Below the pieces are notes generated by a model. That model saw only the letters and a program-made list of their open reading frames with translations. It was not told where the DNA came from and did no database searches. Positions 48,734 through 60,673 of a DNA stretch of 64,000 nt are shown piece after piece. Origin of the DNA: Bacteroidales bacterium UBA1628. Its GTDB lineage: Bacteria > Bacteroidota > Bacteroidia > Bacteroidales > UBA932. The stretch covers positions 267 through 64,266 of the forward strand of contig DCMG01000006.1 in assembly GCA_002321335.1 (NCBI GenBank), read 5' to 3'. Each line of letters opens with the position of its first letter. Position 1 is the first letter of the stretch. Position numbers and translations under genes: made by a program.

Positions 48734-49834
48734 TTACTTAAACGCATTGATGGCCTCAACTACAGTCCTGGCCTCATCCTTTGTTAGGACCGGACTGATA
48801 GGAAGGCTCAACTCTTCATTATGAATCAACTCTGTAATAGGGAATGACAATCCATTCCATTCTTTATAACACTCCTGCTTATGAGGGGGGATAGGGTAGT
48901 GTATTATGGTCTGGATATCCTTCCCTGTCAAGTAAACCTGAAGTCGGTCACGTTCTTTGCATCTGATCGGGAATATATGGAACACATGCTGATCCCAGTC
49001 CTTGACGGAAGGCAGCACAACCATAGGGTTGGTAATGTTTTCAATATAATATCTCGCCACATTTTTCCTCAGAGAAATGTCATCATCCAAATGCTTGAGT
49101 TTGACATCGAGTATTGCCGCTTGAATCTCGTCAAGCCGGCTGTTACGCCCTGAATATTTGAACACATATTTCTTCTGAGAGCCGTAGTTGCCAAGTGAGC
49201 GTATCGCGTCCGCCAATTCTTTATCATTGGTGGTGACGGCACCGCCATCGCCTAAGGCGCCAAGATTTTTGCCGGGATAGAAACTATGTCCTGCGGCATC
49301 ACCTAAAGATCCTGTTCTGTGGCCGTTAAATTTAGAGCCATGTGCCTGTGCATTGTCTTCCACCAATTTCAGGTCATATTTCTTACAAATCTCTCCAATT
49401 TTGTCAGTATAGGCACATTGCCCGTAAAGGTGAACGATGCAAATGGCTTTAGTCTTTGCCGTTATCGCTTTTTCTATTTCGTTCTCATCTATTTCATAAG
49501 TGGTGACAGATGGCTCGACAAGAACCGGTTTCAACCCATTTTCCGTTATTGACAATATTGTCGCTATGAAAGTGTTTGCCGGCACGATAACCTCATCTCC
49601 CTTTTTCAGGACACCCAATTCAATATATCCTCGGAATATTAGATATAATGCGTCAAGTCCGTTCGCGCAACTTACCGCATACTTTGTCCCGATATACTGT
49701 GAATAATCGGATTCAAAACGTTCAGTTTCTTCGCCATGAAGAAACCATCCTTTATCAAGCACGCGCTTGACCGCAATGTCAATCTCATCGCGATGAGCGG
49801 CTGTGACTTTCTGCAAATCAAGAAATTTTATCAT
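48734..49834 (-). CDS. DegT/DnrJ aminotransferase (FdtB/QdtB-like)
   Basis: [29 protein letters not shown] and [10 protein letters not shown]. Confidence 0.93.
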   Translation of the reverse strand: MIKFLDLQKVTAAHRDEIDIAVKRVLDKGWFLHGEETERFESDYSQYIGTKYAVSCANGLDALYLIFRGYIELGVLKKGDEVIVPANTFIATILSITENGLKPVLVEPSVTTYEIDENEIEKAITAKTKAICIVHLYGQCAYTDKIGEICKKYDLKLVEDNAQAHGSKFNGHRTGSLGDAAGHSFYPGKNLGALGDGGAVTTNDKELADAIRSLGNYGSQKKYVFKYSGRNSRLDEIQAAILDVKLKHLDDDISLRKNVARYYIENITNPMVVLPSVKDWDQHVFHIFPIRCKERDRLQVYLTGKDIQTIIHYPIPPHKQECYKEWNGLSFPITELIHNEELSLPISPVLTKDEARTVVEAINAFK

Positions 49835-50331
49835 TTTGTTAATTCTTTAATCTCGTTATCATTCAATTTTCTGATCAACCTTGCAGGAGTACCACCGATT
49901 ATGGAAAAATCCGGGAACGATTGTTTGACAAAGGATCCGGCGGCCACCACACAGAACTTTCCTATAGTGACACCAGGCATTATGATACTAGACGCACCAA
50001 TCCAAGAATGGTCTCCTATTGTTATTGCCCCATGGGTAATCGGGAATATCCGTTGGCATATTTCACTCGCATTCGGCCCAGAGTCGGTCATCATGTTGAC
50101 ATTTTGAGCAATGCTTACATATTCCCCGATTGACAATTCCGCTGCGTAACCATTAAGAATGGAATTCATTCCGATATAAGAGTTTTTTCCTATCCTTAAA
50201 GGACAATTCTTGCTGCCAAACGCAGAAACTCTCTTGGCTATTTTGACATTATCTCCTATAGCGATATTATTGACCGATGAAGAAGGATCAATCTCGACTC
50301 CGTCTCCAAGCGATATGTTGGAATATATCAT
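49831..50331 (-). CDS. Hexapeptide-repeat acyltransferase
   Basis: IGD/IGK repeats; [13 protein letters not shown] and GTPAR. Confidence 0.88.
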   Translation of the reverse strand: MIYSNISLGDGVEIDPSSSVNNIAIGDNVKIAKRVSAFGSKNCPLRIGKNSYIGMNSILNGYAAELSIGEYVSIAQNVNMMTDSGPNASEICQRIFPITHGAITIGDHSWIGASSIIMPGVTIGKFCVVAAGSFVKQSFPDFSIIGGTPARLIRKLNDNEIKELTK

Positions 50332-51227
50332 ATCTTCTTCGTTTGAAAATTACTGATCATACCACATATATTGTTGATGTCACCTTCATCAAGGTTTTGA
50401 TGGATTGGCAGATAGAATGCCGGTTTTCCATAAAACACCGTTGATTCCACACCATTGTCCTGCATATACTGTTTTAACTTAGGATAATCGATAGTATCTT
50501 TCCATTGAAATAATATCACGCCGGGAACAACTCCATCTTCAAGTTTGAAATACGGTTCTATACCAATCTCGTGAAGGTTCTCGAAGAACATTTTGTAGTT
50601 CTTTAACCGGGCTGACTTTATATGGGCGATGTCTTGAATTTGGGCAGAGATGTGGGTATCAAGCTTGGCAACATCTTCATCAGGCAGCAAAGTGCTCAGT
50701 TTGAAATTACTATCATTACACTTAAGGATACCGCCAAAGTCCGAAGAAAATGCTTTGGACAAACTATATATTACGAAATCACCGATTTCACCCATCTTGC
50801 CATCGGGGTCTTCAGTAAAAAAGCCGTATGCACAGTCTTCGATGATAGGCAAATCATATTTCAACAGGGACTCTGGATTTTTGTAGGGGTATCCAAACTC
50901 ATGGTTGATAAATATAAGCTTCGTGTCGCGCTCCATTTTCCTTGACCACCGGCAGAACTTCTCAATCTCCTTTGTGACACAGCCGCTGATATAGAAATTC
51001 CCAGATGTCGTGAATATAGTGACAACATCATCGGGTTCAAGGTTATAGCATGATAGCGCCTGAAATATTGCTGTTCGTCCTCTTTCTGTGTAACACCAGT
51101 TCCCGAAACGTTTGTCAAGGTATAGTCTGAGATTGATGATATTTTCCTTTGACGAAGACTCTTTCCGGTACAACTCGTCGTTGTATGGGGAGATTGTGTA
51201 TCTAAAGGCTGTACTCATAGATGTCAT
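50328..51227 (-). CDS. Short DegT-like PLP-fold protein
   Basis: GRTAI, INHEFG, IIEDCAY, YSLSK and LPIHQ; only 299 aa. Confidence 0.65.
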   Translation of the reverse strand: MTSMSTAFRYTISPYNDELYRKESSSKENIINLRLYLDKRFGNWCYTERGRTAIFQALSCYNLEPDDVVTIFTTSGNFYISGCVTKEIEKFCRWSRKMERDTKLIFINHEFGYPYKNPESLLKYDLPIIEDCAYGFFTEDPDGKMGEIGDFVIYSLSKAFSSDFGGILKCNDSNFKLSTLLPDEDVAKLDTHISAQIQDIAHIKSARLKNYKMFFENLHEIGIEPYFKLEDGVVPGVILFQWKDTIDYPKLKQYMQDNGVESTVFYGKPAFYLPIHQNLDEGDINNICGMISNFQTKKI

Positions 51228-52146
51228 AGATCACGCCACGGCCGCCGAATCCCTCTTTCTGGAATATCAGTTTGTCGTTCAGGACTTTACCCATTTCCTC
51301 TGTTGATTGTCCGAAGTCAAATATGGGATGGTCTGCATAAACCTCATTGATCAGGCAATCAAACAACAAGTCAAGAGCTCCCAGTTCTTTTCCTTCTGGA
51401 CTGGCAGAAATATACTGCGTGTGAATCACCTGATCATTGGCCTCATAAATCACTGTACCTCCCAAAATTCCCGAGGATTCGGATTCTACCAGATATAACT
51501 TGATCTTGTCCGGAAAACGATTGGCGAGCAATGTCATTTCCTCAATGCTGTGAACCGGTCTGGCGTTATGATTTGTCATAAGGTTCTCACTGAGTATTTC
51601 CCAAAAGCGGGAAAAGTCCTCGGATTGACGAATTTTAAGGCTGTGGTTCTTTGCTTTTCTTATCCCGGATTTTCGAGATTCCACAAACTTGATCTTGTTT
51701 CCCTGATATATTGTCGAAGAAATGTTTCTTCCAATGATTCTTGCATCCGTCAAGCGAAACAACGCATAAAGGTCTTCCTGCGATGGTATAGAATGGTAAA
51801 TGTACGGGGTAGGCTTGTAAATCACGGATTTAACACCTTCTGATTTTAATTGAGCATTGATCAAACTGAATACCTCAAGCACCTCAGACGCACATGCTTT
51901 TTTTGACATTATCAACCCTCCGTATGTCAGTCCTTGATGCGAATACACATGATCCCCGGATATATTCGCAGGCAGCAAGGCATATAAGGCTCCTTTTCGG
52001 TATACCACAAGAGAATGATCTTCGAATCTGTCAGAGTGGTAATCCATGTAATTCCTGTCAAAGAGGAAAGTGCTGTTCTTTGCCCCTTTGACAAACTCAT
52101 TCCACAGCTGCTTGTCAGATGCTGTGTATCTTTTTATTTCGAACAT
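51202..52146 (-). CDS. GNAT/FemAB-like acyltransferase
   Basis: WNEFV...NSTFLF...YMDYH.DRF.DHS, SHQGLTYGG, FDFG.S and QKEGFGG. Confidence 0.8.
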   Translation of the reverse strand: MFEIKRYTASDKQLWNEFVKGAKNSTFLFDRNYMDYHSDRFEDHSLVVYRKGALYALLPANISGDHVYSHQGLTYGGLIMSKKACASEVLEVFSLINAQLKSEGVKSVIYKPTPYIYHSIPSQEDLYALFRLTDARIIGRNISSTIYQGNKIKFVESRKSGIRKAKNHSLKIRQSEDFSRFWEILSENLMTNHNARPVHSIEEMTLLANRFPDKIKLYLVESESSGILGGTVIYEANDQVIHTQYISASPEGKELGALDLLFDCLINEVYADHPIFDFGQSTEEMGKVLNDKLIFQKEGFGGRGVIYDIYEYSL

Positions 52147-52556
52147 CCTTTGTAATCTAAAAACTCACCGTAATCCCTGATGTAATCACTTGCTTCATAA
52201 GGCTCGGAAGCAAGAACAAGACAAACCGCCCCGGAAGAGAAATCATAAAGATCCCTCCAGATTCCCGGCACAACCAACAGCCCTTGATATGGCCTGTTCA
52301 GGAGAAAGGTCCTTTTAACTTTGCCATCGTCCAAAGTGACAGAAAAACTTCCGCTGGCCGCGACAATCAGTTGCTTCAGCCTTTTATGGGCGTGTGCCCC
52401 GCGAGATTCTCCTCCAGGAATGTCGTAAAGATAATAAGTCCTCTTGACGTCAAACGGAACCGTTATGCCGTTTTCCACAACGGTAAGATTGCCTTTATCG
52501 CTATGGTGCTTGTCCAACTCTACAATTGTGCAATCATATATTGTTGACTCTTTCAT
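52134..52556 (-). CDS. FdtA/QdtA-like sugar 3,4-ketoisomerase (cupin)
   Basis: GNLTVVE, PFDVKR and RGAHAHK. Confidence 0.9.
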   Translation of the reverse strand: MKESTIYDCTIVELDKHHSDKGNLTVVENGITVPFDVKRTYYLYDIPGGESRGAHAHKRLKQLIVAASGSFSVTLDDGKVKRTFLLNRPYQGLLVVPGIWRDLYDFSSGAVCLVLASEPYEASDYIRDYGEFLDYKGCSK

Positions 52557-52953
52557 CGTTGATGAACTCTTTAAATTCGTTATAGTCGAAGATATAATCG
52601 GACACTTCGTAAGGAGCCGATCCTAGCACCAGTGCAAGCGAGTTTGTTGAGAAGTTGTTCATCTCCCTCCATAACCCTTTTGGCACATAGAGACCATAAT
52701 AGGATCTGTTAAGTGTAAATGTCTCTTTCTCAGAGCCATTGTCAATGATCACGTCAAAACTGCCGGAAAGAGCGACAATGAACTCCGCATTCTGCTTGTA
52801 GGCGTGCCCGCCTCGCGCCTCTCCACCAGGAACATCGTAGATCCAGTAGGCACGCTCTATCTTGAAAGGAATGTGATTATACTCCTCCACGAAGGACAGA
52901 TTCCCCCGTTTGTCCAATATTTTGGGCAGATCAACCAATGTGGCTTTTGACAT
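52534..52953 (-). CDS. FdtA/QdtA-like cupin (second copy)
   Basis: DKRGNLS, PFKIER and RGGHAYK. Confidence 0.88.
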   Translation of the reverse strand: MSKATLVDLPKILDKRGNLSFVEEYNHIPFKIERAYWIYDVPGGEARGGHAYKQNAEFIVALSGSFDVIIDNGSEKETFTLNRSYYGLYVPKGLWREMNNFSTNSLALVLGSAPYEVSDYIFDYNEFKEFINDERVNNI

Positions 52954-54060
52954 ATTCCGTGAAGATTTTTCCGTTGGTTTTGTTTTCTGTGGTTTTATCG
53001 GTTAAAAATGTATATATGTAGCTTTGTCGTAACTGCTCATTTACCGGAGATATCTCCAGTTTGTCGTAGTCCATACTGTCAATGTTGAATTTCTCTTTGC
53101 CAAGCAGTTTACTTAAAGTGCTGATATATTTACTCAAATAATCACATTTCTCAATGTCATCACACGTGATGAACACAATAGGTTTGTTCGCCAAGAGAGC
53201 GAACGATGTGCTGTTGCTGCTCTGATTTATGATGATTTGAGCATTGATTGTCAGCTCACATGTATGCCATTTAATTATTTTTCTTCCATTAAAATCGTCA
53301 GAAGAATAGTTTGAACTCGGATGGGCAGCGATTATCACTTTGAGGTTGAAAGCACGCTCCATCCAATCAAAAAACGAATTCATGGAGTTAAGATAATGTT
53401 GGTAGTCGACATCCATTTTCAGTTTATGAATATACTTGAAATCAGGATGCAAAGGAAAATATGAATCATAAAACACCGCATATCTACCTTCAACCAAAGT
53501 GTTTTTCTTATCCTTGACCATCAATTTATAATCATCATAATCAGGATGATTGATGGGACGCGTCCTGCCGCTGAGAACGGAAGACGAAAAAAAGTCAAAG
53601 TAATGAATATTTTTAACTTGGAAATAGCACTTGAGCAATACCCTTTTTATATGGTTACAAATCCTTGTTGGGGAACTGATGAAAGATGCAAGGTCCTTTG
53701 CATTCTTGGGTATTCGTATGGTGTTCGCACATTGATCTACTTTGACCATCCTGCATCCATGCTCGGACAGCAATTTGAAAAAAGCCCGGTCTTCCAATCT
53801 TTCTGGAATTCCCATGAAGAACAGTGATTTCTTGCAGTCACATTGTGACAGAGCTTCATTTAGTTCACCGTAGCTGGAGTATTTTTTCACATATTCCGCT
53901 TCTTCCTGAGAATCAACGAAAGCATCTGATTGTGAAAAGATTCTGGTGGTATCCCAATACTCAAATTTTATCCCTGTGCGTATGAACGTCTCGACATAGG
54001 ACAATCGCTTGCTCCGTGGATTCAATGGGTATTGATTAATGCATACTATTTTTCTTTCCA

Positions 54061-54061
<1 letters not shown>
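52931..54061 (-). CDS. Hypothetical protein; candidate nonulosonate (KDN) transferase
   Basis: Next to the nonulosonate genes; IAAHP and S(N)STS motifs recall HP/ST motifs of GT-B sialyl/Kdo transferases. Confidence 0.5.
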
Positions 54062-55573
<1,512 letters not shown>

Positions 55574-55581
55574 CGTTGTGA

Positions 55582-56322
55582 TTATTTGGAGTTCAGTTTG
55601 ATTTCCTTTTTCATTTTTTCCAGAAGACTTGGATTCTGATCTATATAGCTGACAAGATCCTCAATTGTCATATTATTGTCCACATAGTGTTTGTAGATTT
55701 CTTGCGCATCAATGAAATCTTGTTGTGTGTCAATGGTCAGACGTATGTCCTCCCTGCCCTGCAACACTTTCGGTGTTTCCAACCACTTTATTTTGAAGTC
55801 TTGCGGATGAGTGTAGATATAATTTGTAACGTGCTCGTGATAGAGGCTCTTTTGCGTAGTCGCCTGCACTTTTTCTAAGGCCTCCAAGGTGACATATTCA
55901 GCCCAGAAACCGAAATGCGTTTTAATAGACGGCTTGCCATTGACAAGAAAACTGACATAATCATTATTGGATTTTTCTCCGATTTCAACCAATTCCCTTA
56001 ATGAAGTAATATCGAGAAAAGGATTATCTGAGCAAATTCTAATGATTTTTGTTGCATTGCACTGTTTCGCGGCGCAGGTAAATCTTGCAAGAACGTCATT
56101 CTCACTACCACGATAAGACTTAACATTAAGAGATTTGGCTGTGTCAACCAAAATCGTGTCCTTTTCGTTGGTTGTAGTCGCCAAAACGATATCCGTATTT
56201 GGCAGCGACTTGAGTTTCTCTATTATAATGGAAATTATGTTTTTCTGCTCAAAGAATGGTAGCAGAATTTTATTCGGAAGTCTAGTTGACCCTACTCGCG
56301 CTTGTACTATTAATGTGACCAT
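55582..56322 (-). CDS. SpsF-like cytidylyltransferase (CMP-nonulosonate synthetase)
   Basis: IVQARVGSTRLPNK, RGSENDVLARF, DNPF, EHVT and RLTIDT. Confidence 0.88.
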   Translation of the reverse strand: MVTLIVQARVGSTRLPNKILLPFFEQKNIISIIIEKLKSLPNTDIVLATTTNEKDTILVDTAKSLNVKSYRGSENDVLARFTCAAKQCNATKIIRICSDNPFLDITSLRELVEIGEKSNNDYVSFLVNGKPSIKTHFGFWAEYVTLEALEKVQATTQKSLYHEHVTNYIYTHPQDFKIKWLETPKVLQGREDIRLTIDTQQDFIDAQEIYKHYVDNNMTIEDLVSYIDQNPSLLEKMKKEIKLNSK

Positions 56323-57767
56323 TTTATTGTTTTTACAATTATTTCGACATATTTGTTCAATTCTTTGATCTTAAACATTTTGGCCAGAATAATATACGAG
56401 AGTACGCCACTGGGAACCCCGACGCACAGTCTCGACAATGGACTTGACATAGCGCTTTGGGCAAGAATAACTATGGTGCCCATAACCATTGCTATAAGAA
56501 AATTAGCGCCACAATCTGAAATTTTTTCCTTCAGCCCATAGCCGAATGATACCTTGGTATAATATGCATCAACAATCAGGTGTATCAACGTCGCTAGTAT
56601 TTGGCCATAACACATTGCGATTAACCCGAATGGAACTGTTGATACCAGTATCGCTATATTTATTATTTTTGTTATTATCGTTATCTTCAGGAAATAGTCT
56701 GAACGTCCTATTACTTTGAGAATGGTGAGATCGATGCTTGTGACGGGAGCCCACAATAGCGAGAAACTTAATATTTGCATTATTGGAATGGACATTTCCC
56801 ATTTGTCTGTCAAACAGATTCGAATAAATGGATCCGCTATGGCCGCCAATCCTATTACCATAGGAAATATTATGAATGAGGCCATTCTTGTTAATTGCCT
56901 GTATGCCTCTGTATAATGTTCTTTGTCCTCCTTGATCGAACTCAAGATCGGGTAAGATACATTACTAATTACAGTTGTCGCTGTTTCGGAAGGAAACTTT
57001 ATTATGCTTTCTCCTCTGGTATATGTTCCAAGTGACTCTGGAGAGTACACTTTGCCGATTACAAGTGTATAAATATTATTGTATAGGGTGTTAATAATTG
57101 ATGACCCAAGTAATTTTGAACCGAATGAAAAACATTCATTAATGGATTTCAACGAAAAAATAGCCTTTGGCCTCCAATAGCTAATTACCCATAGCATGAT
57201 GGTTCGAATGGCAGCATTGGCTAAAGATTGAATGATGAGCGACCATATTCCATATCCTCTGAGGGCAAAATATAAAGCGACTGAGCCGGAAACCAGGGAT
57301 GATATGATGGATATTCTTGCAAACGCCTTAAAATTAACCTCAATGGTAAGTTTAGAGTTCTGAACAATTGCCAGGGCGTTTATTATAAGAATTATTGAAT
57401 ATATTTTTGTGACACTATTTAATAACGGTTGTTTGTAAAATTCTGATATAATAGGAGATCCTATGAATAATAGGATATATAAAGCCAAGGCAACCGCTAT
57501 GTTAAAATAGAATATCGAAGAAAAATCATCCTCTGTACATTTGCCTTTTCTTACAAGCGCGGCTCCAAATCCAGAGTCAACAAAGCATTGGCATACGGCC
57601 ATTATTACAGCGACAATGGATACCATTCCATAATCGTCTGGGCTCAATTGTCTGGCGATAAGTAGGTTAAAGACAAAGTTCAGTCCCTTGGTGAAGAACA
57701 TGTCTATTCCACCCCAAAACATTCCTTTAACCGTCTTTTCTTTTAAATTTGATTCTTGCTCAGTCAT
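56310..57767 (-). CDS. wzx: Wzx flippase
   Basis: ARQLSPDDYG, FVDSGFG.ALV; many TM helices. Confidence 0.9.
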   Translation of the reverse strand: MTEQESNLKEKTVKGMFWGGIDMFFTKGLNFVFNLLIARQLSPDDYGMVSIVAVIMAVCQCFVDSGFGAALVRKGKCTEDDFSSIFYFNIAVALALYILLFIGSPIISEFYKQPLLNSVTKIYSIILIINALAIVQNSKLTIEVNFKAFARISIISSLVSGSVALYFALRGYGIWSLIIQSLANAAIRTIMLWVISYWRPKAIFSLKSINECFSFGSKLLGSSIINTLYNNIYTLVIGKVYSPESLGTYTRGESIIKFPSETATTVISNVSYPILSSIKEDKEHYTEAYRQLTRMASFIIFPMVIGLAAIADPFIRICLTDKWEMSIPIMQILSFSLLWAPVTSIDLTILKVIGRSDYFLKITIITKIINIAILVSTVPFGLIAMCYGQILATLIHLIVDAYYTKVSFGYGLKEKISDCGANFLIAMVMGTIVILAQSAMSSPLSRLCVGVPSGVLSYIILAKMFKIKELNKYVEIIVKTIKWSH

Positions 57768-57802
57768 TCAGTTTTCCACATAGGGGTTTCGTAATTCGTG
57801 GG

Positions 57803-57950
57803 AAATGATTATATTTGCTCTTGCATTATTATGTAAGGATTGAGGGGCAGACTTTAACTACCTTATCATTATGAAGAGTGGCCGTCCCTATCGGTTGCTC
57901 TTCTTGTTTTTTTACAGCAGGATGTTCTAACACTATCAACCCTCGGACTC
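57803..57950 (+). ncRNA. Candidate small RNA / leader: -7 promoter, ~55 nt, terminator hairpin (copy B)
   Basis: TATATTTG 57810-57817; hairpin GAAGAGTGGCCG/CGGTTGCTCTTC 57873-57903 followed by a U-tract. Confidence 0.5.
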
Positions 57951-58041
57951 TATCACAAATTTCTAATAGTGCAATCTTCACCTTCTTGCGAATGTGTCCG
58001 AATTGATTATCCGTATCCTTTTCCTCAAGGCTGAGACAGTT

Positions 58042-58236
58042 GGCTTGCGCTTGATCCCATCGGCAGCATTTTCGGCCTCTTTTGCTTCCCGAGAGTGCAT
58101 TCCGCACTCTCGGGTAACGTTTTTCGGGCTTTTCGGCTCCCGAGGGTGCAGCCTTGTGCTTCCGGGCGGCATTATTTTCCATTTTTGCCTCCGAAAGGCT
58201 ATCCGGCATCAGGCGTTGCCAAACATTTTAGACGGC
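58042..58236 (+). repeat. ~195-bp palindromic BIME/MITE-like element, copy 1
   Basis: CCCGAGAGTGC-ATTCC-GCACTCTCGGG; ~51-bp internal period; near-identical to 60674-60875. Confidence 0.85.
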
Positions 58237-58369
58237 CTATGCTTCATACGCTTGCTCGATATAATGCGAATAGGATGATTGCTGCTCGAATAATATAAGC
58301 GTTGTCGGTGATCGCATGTTTATTCTGGCCCTTGGCCTTTTTCATTGCCAGTATTTTGAAATTCAACGA

Positions 58370-58510
58370 GAATGACTATATTTGTGATGTATTATAGGTT
58401 GAGAGATTGTGGGGACATGATTACCTTGGACTCTATGAAGAGCGGCTGTCCTCTACGGCTGCTCTTCTTGTTTTTACAGCAGGATGTCTAGCCCTTTTCA
58501 ACCCTCCACT
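58370..58510 (+). ncRNA. Candidate small RNA / leader (copy C)
   Basis: TATATTTG 58377-58384; hairpin GAAGAGCGGCTG/CGGCTGCTCTTC 58437-58467; shared tail TTTTTACAGCAGGATGT...TCAACCCTC. Confidence 0.5.
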
Positions 58511-58537
58511 ATTACTCAACTTATCATCTTATAATAC

Positions 58538-58663
58538 ATGAACAAGGTAATTATAGTCAGGCTTGAGATTCGCTTAGACTGCGAGAAGGCCAAGCAAACC
58601 AAAGTGGCTCCTTACGTGAGGTTCCGCAATGGGAAGAAAGAACTTGGCATTGGGACGTTCTGA
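58538..58663 (+). CDS. 41-aa basic small protein, possibly C-terminally truncated
   Basis: MNKVIIVRLEIRLDCEKAKQTKVAPYVRFRNGKKELGIGTF*; AT-rich Bacteroidetes-style translation start; below the ORF-track cutoff. Confidence 0.4.
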   Translation: MNKVIIVRLEIRLDCEKAKQTKVAPYVRFRNGKKELGIGTF

Positions 58664-58671
58664 GGAATAGG

Positions 58672-58853
58672 GAACTTTAGGCATGCGCCTGATCCCTTCG
58701 GTAACGTTTTCGGCCTTTTTTGATTCTCAAGAGTGCAGGATGCACTCTTGGGAAGCGTTTTCTTGGCTTTTCGTCTCTCAAGGATGCTGCCGAGCACTCA
58801 TGACGTCATTATTTCCCTATTTTGCTTCGGAAAGGATTCCGGCATCCGGGCGG
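58672..58853 (+). repeat. Palindromic BIME/MITE-like element, copy 2
   Basis: TCTCAAGAGTGCA-GGA-TGCACTCTTGGGA and ...AAAGGATTCCGGCATC. Confidence 0.8.
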
Positions 58854-58874
58854 AGGCCGGCGCGGCCATTTGTG

Positions 58875-59495
58875 TCACACGAGGTTGTTCCCGAGAAAAT
58901 TCAGAAGAGGTTTCAAGCTGATGCTTTCCAGATCCCAAAACTCTGGCTGTTCAAAGAGCCAATCACCATTTCCAAGTCGTTGCTTCCGCGCCGCGCTCAA
59001 ATTCATCGAACTGATGTAGGTGTGTAACTTCCCTTTTCGGTTAGGTATGTTGTAACGGATCATTCCTCTTGAATCCTTTATTCCTTTGACGCACTTTTCA
59101 TAGTCCTCAAAGCAGTCAAACCAACCCTCGTGCAAATCTCGTCTTGCTACTTGTTCCATCAGGCATTCAATGTCGCCGTCATCAGAATCATTCGGATATA
59201 TGAAAAATGAAAACGAAACCCCTACTTCTGACTTATTATCCATTACCCACTTGGCTTTCCTTGCAAAGCCACCTCCCTTATCAGAGGTGTCCGCATCCAG
59301 AAGCACCAAGCAATTATCACCATTATCTTCAGATGATTTCAATTGGTTGACAATCGGTTCGCGAAACAGATTCCCACATCCATCCATAAACACGAAGCCG
59401 ATTTCTTTCGACTGAAAATACTTATTTGCCAAAGCTTTAAGGAAACAACATTCGGAAGTTTTCTCATGCCGTGCCTCGATAAACAACCTGTTCAT
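58875..59495 (-). CDS. DUF3226/TOPRIM-like partner of the AAA ATPase
   Basis: LFIE, GCGNL, VLLDAD and YPND..DGDIECL; 1 nt downstream of the ATPase stop. Confidence 0.6.
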   Translation of the reverse strand: MNRLFIEARHEKTSECCFLKALANKYFQSKEIGFVFMDGCGNLFREPIVNQLKSSEDNGDNCLVLLDADTSDKGGGFARKAKWVMDNKSEVGVSFSFFIYPNDSDDGDIECLMEQVARRDLHEGWFDCFEDYEKCVKGIKDSRGMIRYNIPNRKGKLHTYISSMNLSAARKQRLGNGDWLFEQPEFWDLESISLKPLLNFLGNNLV

Positions 59496-59496
59496 A

Positions 59497-60546
59497 TCAC
59501 CTTACCTCAATTTCTTGGTTAATGGAAAAATCCAGACTATCAAGGGAATAATGATATGCGTTCAGGATGCCGTCCTGTTTCTTCTGCAGTTTGTAAGATG
59601 CGACAAGATCGGCTCCATGGCCATTCAATGACAAGGCTGCGTCACGCATCCCTTTTATGGAATCTTTGTCGTGCGTCGTAGCGAAAACCTGGACATTGTT
59701 CTTTATCGCCGATTTGAATATGGCCAGCCACATGTCCTTCATGACGGAATAGTGAAAGCCATTGCTTATCTCATCAAGAAGCACGATACCGTTCTCACAT
59801 TCATAGATTGAGGTCAATATAGCCAACATCTTTCTGGCGCCGTCGCCCATCATGTTGATTGGAATGCGTTGGTCTAGCCCGATGTCCACCAAAACCTCAT
59901 TTTCGGACAGCACGAAATCCACCAATCTTGGCTCGATGAAACGTAGCGAGTCTATCAAGAAATGTTCATCCTTGTTTTTGAGAATATTCACTAAACCTGA
60001 GATTGAAGCGTAAAAGTCAAATTTTGAATTCAAGTACCTACAATTCAGTTTCTCTTCGTATTCTTTGTCAAGGCGAACTTCTTGCTTTATCTCGTTGTCG
60101 CCACTTGATGTGAACACTATGCTTGAACGGTGCGTGACACCATCTATATTGTAATCCAACACCAAACCATACTTGCTGTCAGATTGGCTGGAGGATACAT
60201 TATTCCCACTGCCCAGCAAATCAACTTCTTGATCAGAAACCTCAAGTAATCTGATTTTGAGTTTTCTGGACTCATCGTTATTGGCTGTTATGGTGATAGG
60301 CACATTTGTGTCAAGATTGTAAAAATCAAGGTTTATGTCGCTTTTCCCCAAACGGCGATAATCCCGCAATATGTTTATGTTGAACGGCAGTTTTGGATTG
60401 GACAGCCCACTGATCAGAAAAATAGCATCGAGCAGTGAGGATTTACCACAATTATTCTTCCCGAAGAATAGATTCACTTGTTTGAGTCCATCTATTTGGG
60501 TTTCCTTTATTCCCCTGAATCCAGATATGTTAATATGGTCAAACAT
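59497..60546 (-). CDS. AAA_15/AAA_21 (OLD/ABC-like) ATPase
   Basis: ISGFRGI, GKNNCGKSSLLDA, MGDG, LLDEISNGFH and FATTH. Confidence 0.88.
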   Translation of the reverse strand: MFDHINISGFRGIKETQIDGLKQVNLFFGKNNCGKSSLLDAIFLISGLSNPKLPFNINILRDYRRLGKSDINLDFYNLDTNVPITITANNDESRKLKIRLLEVSDQEVDLLGSGNNVSSSQSDSKYGLVLDYNIDGVTHRSSIVFTSSGDNEIKQEVRLDKEYEEKLNCRYLNSKFDFYASISGLVNILKNKDEHFLIDSLRFIEPRLVDFVLSENEVLVDIGLDQRIPINMMGDGARKMLAILTSIYECENGIVLLDEISNGFHYSVMKDMWLAIFKSAIKNNVQVFATTHDKDSIKGMRDAALSLNGHGADLVASYKLQKKQDGILNAYHYSLDSLDFSINQEIEVR

Positions 60547-60673
60547 GTTGTGTCCATTTAAATCAATCTTTGACTACAAAACTTACTGCCAGTATAGTCA
60601 CTTTGCTGTAAAGGTAGTGATTTTCACACGAATCCACAAATAGGATGGCAGAGTCAAAAATTTTTGGGATTGT

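Noticed and set aside
57829..58298. ORF-track ORFs here and at 58612-59027, 60645-61171 and 1227-1619
   Set aside because: They are mostly translations of the palindromic repeats or intergenic DNA with no protein motifs
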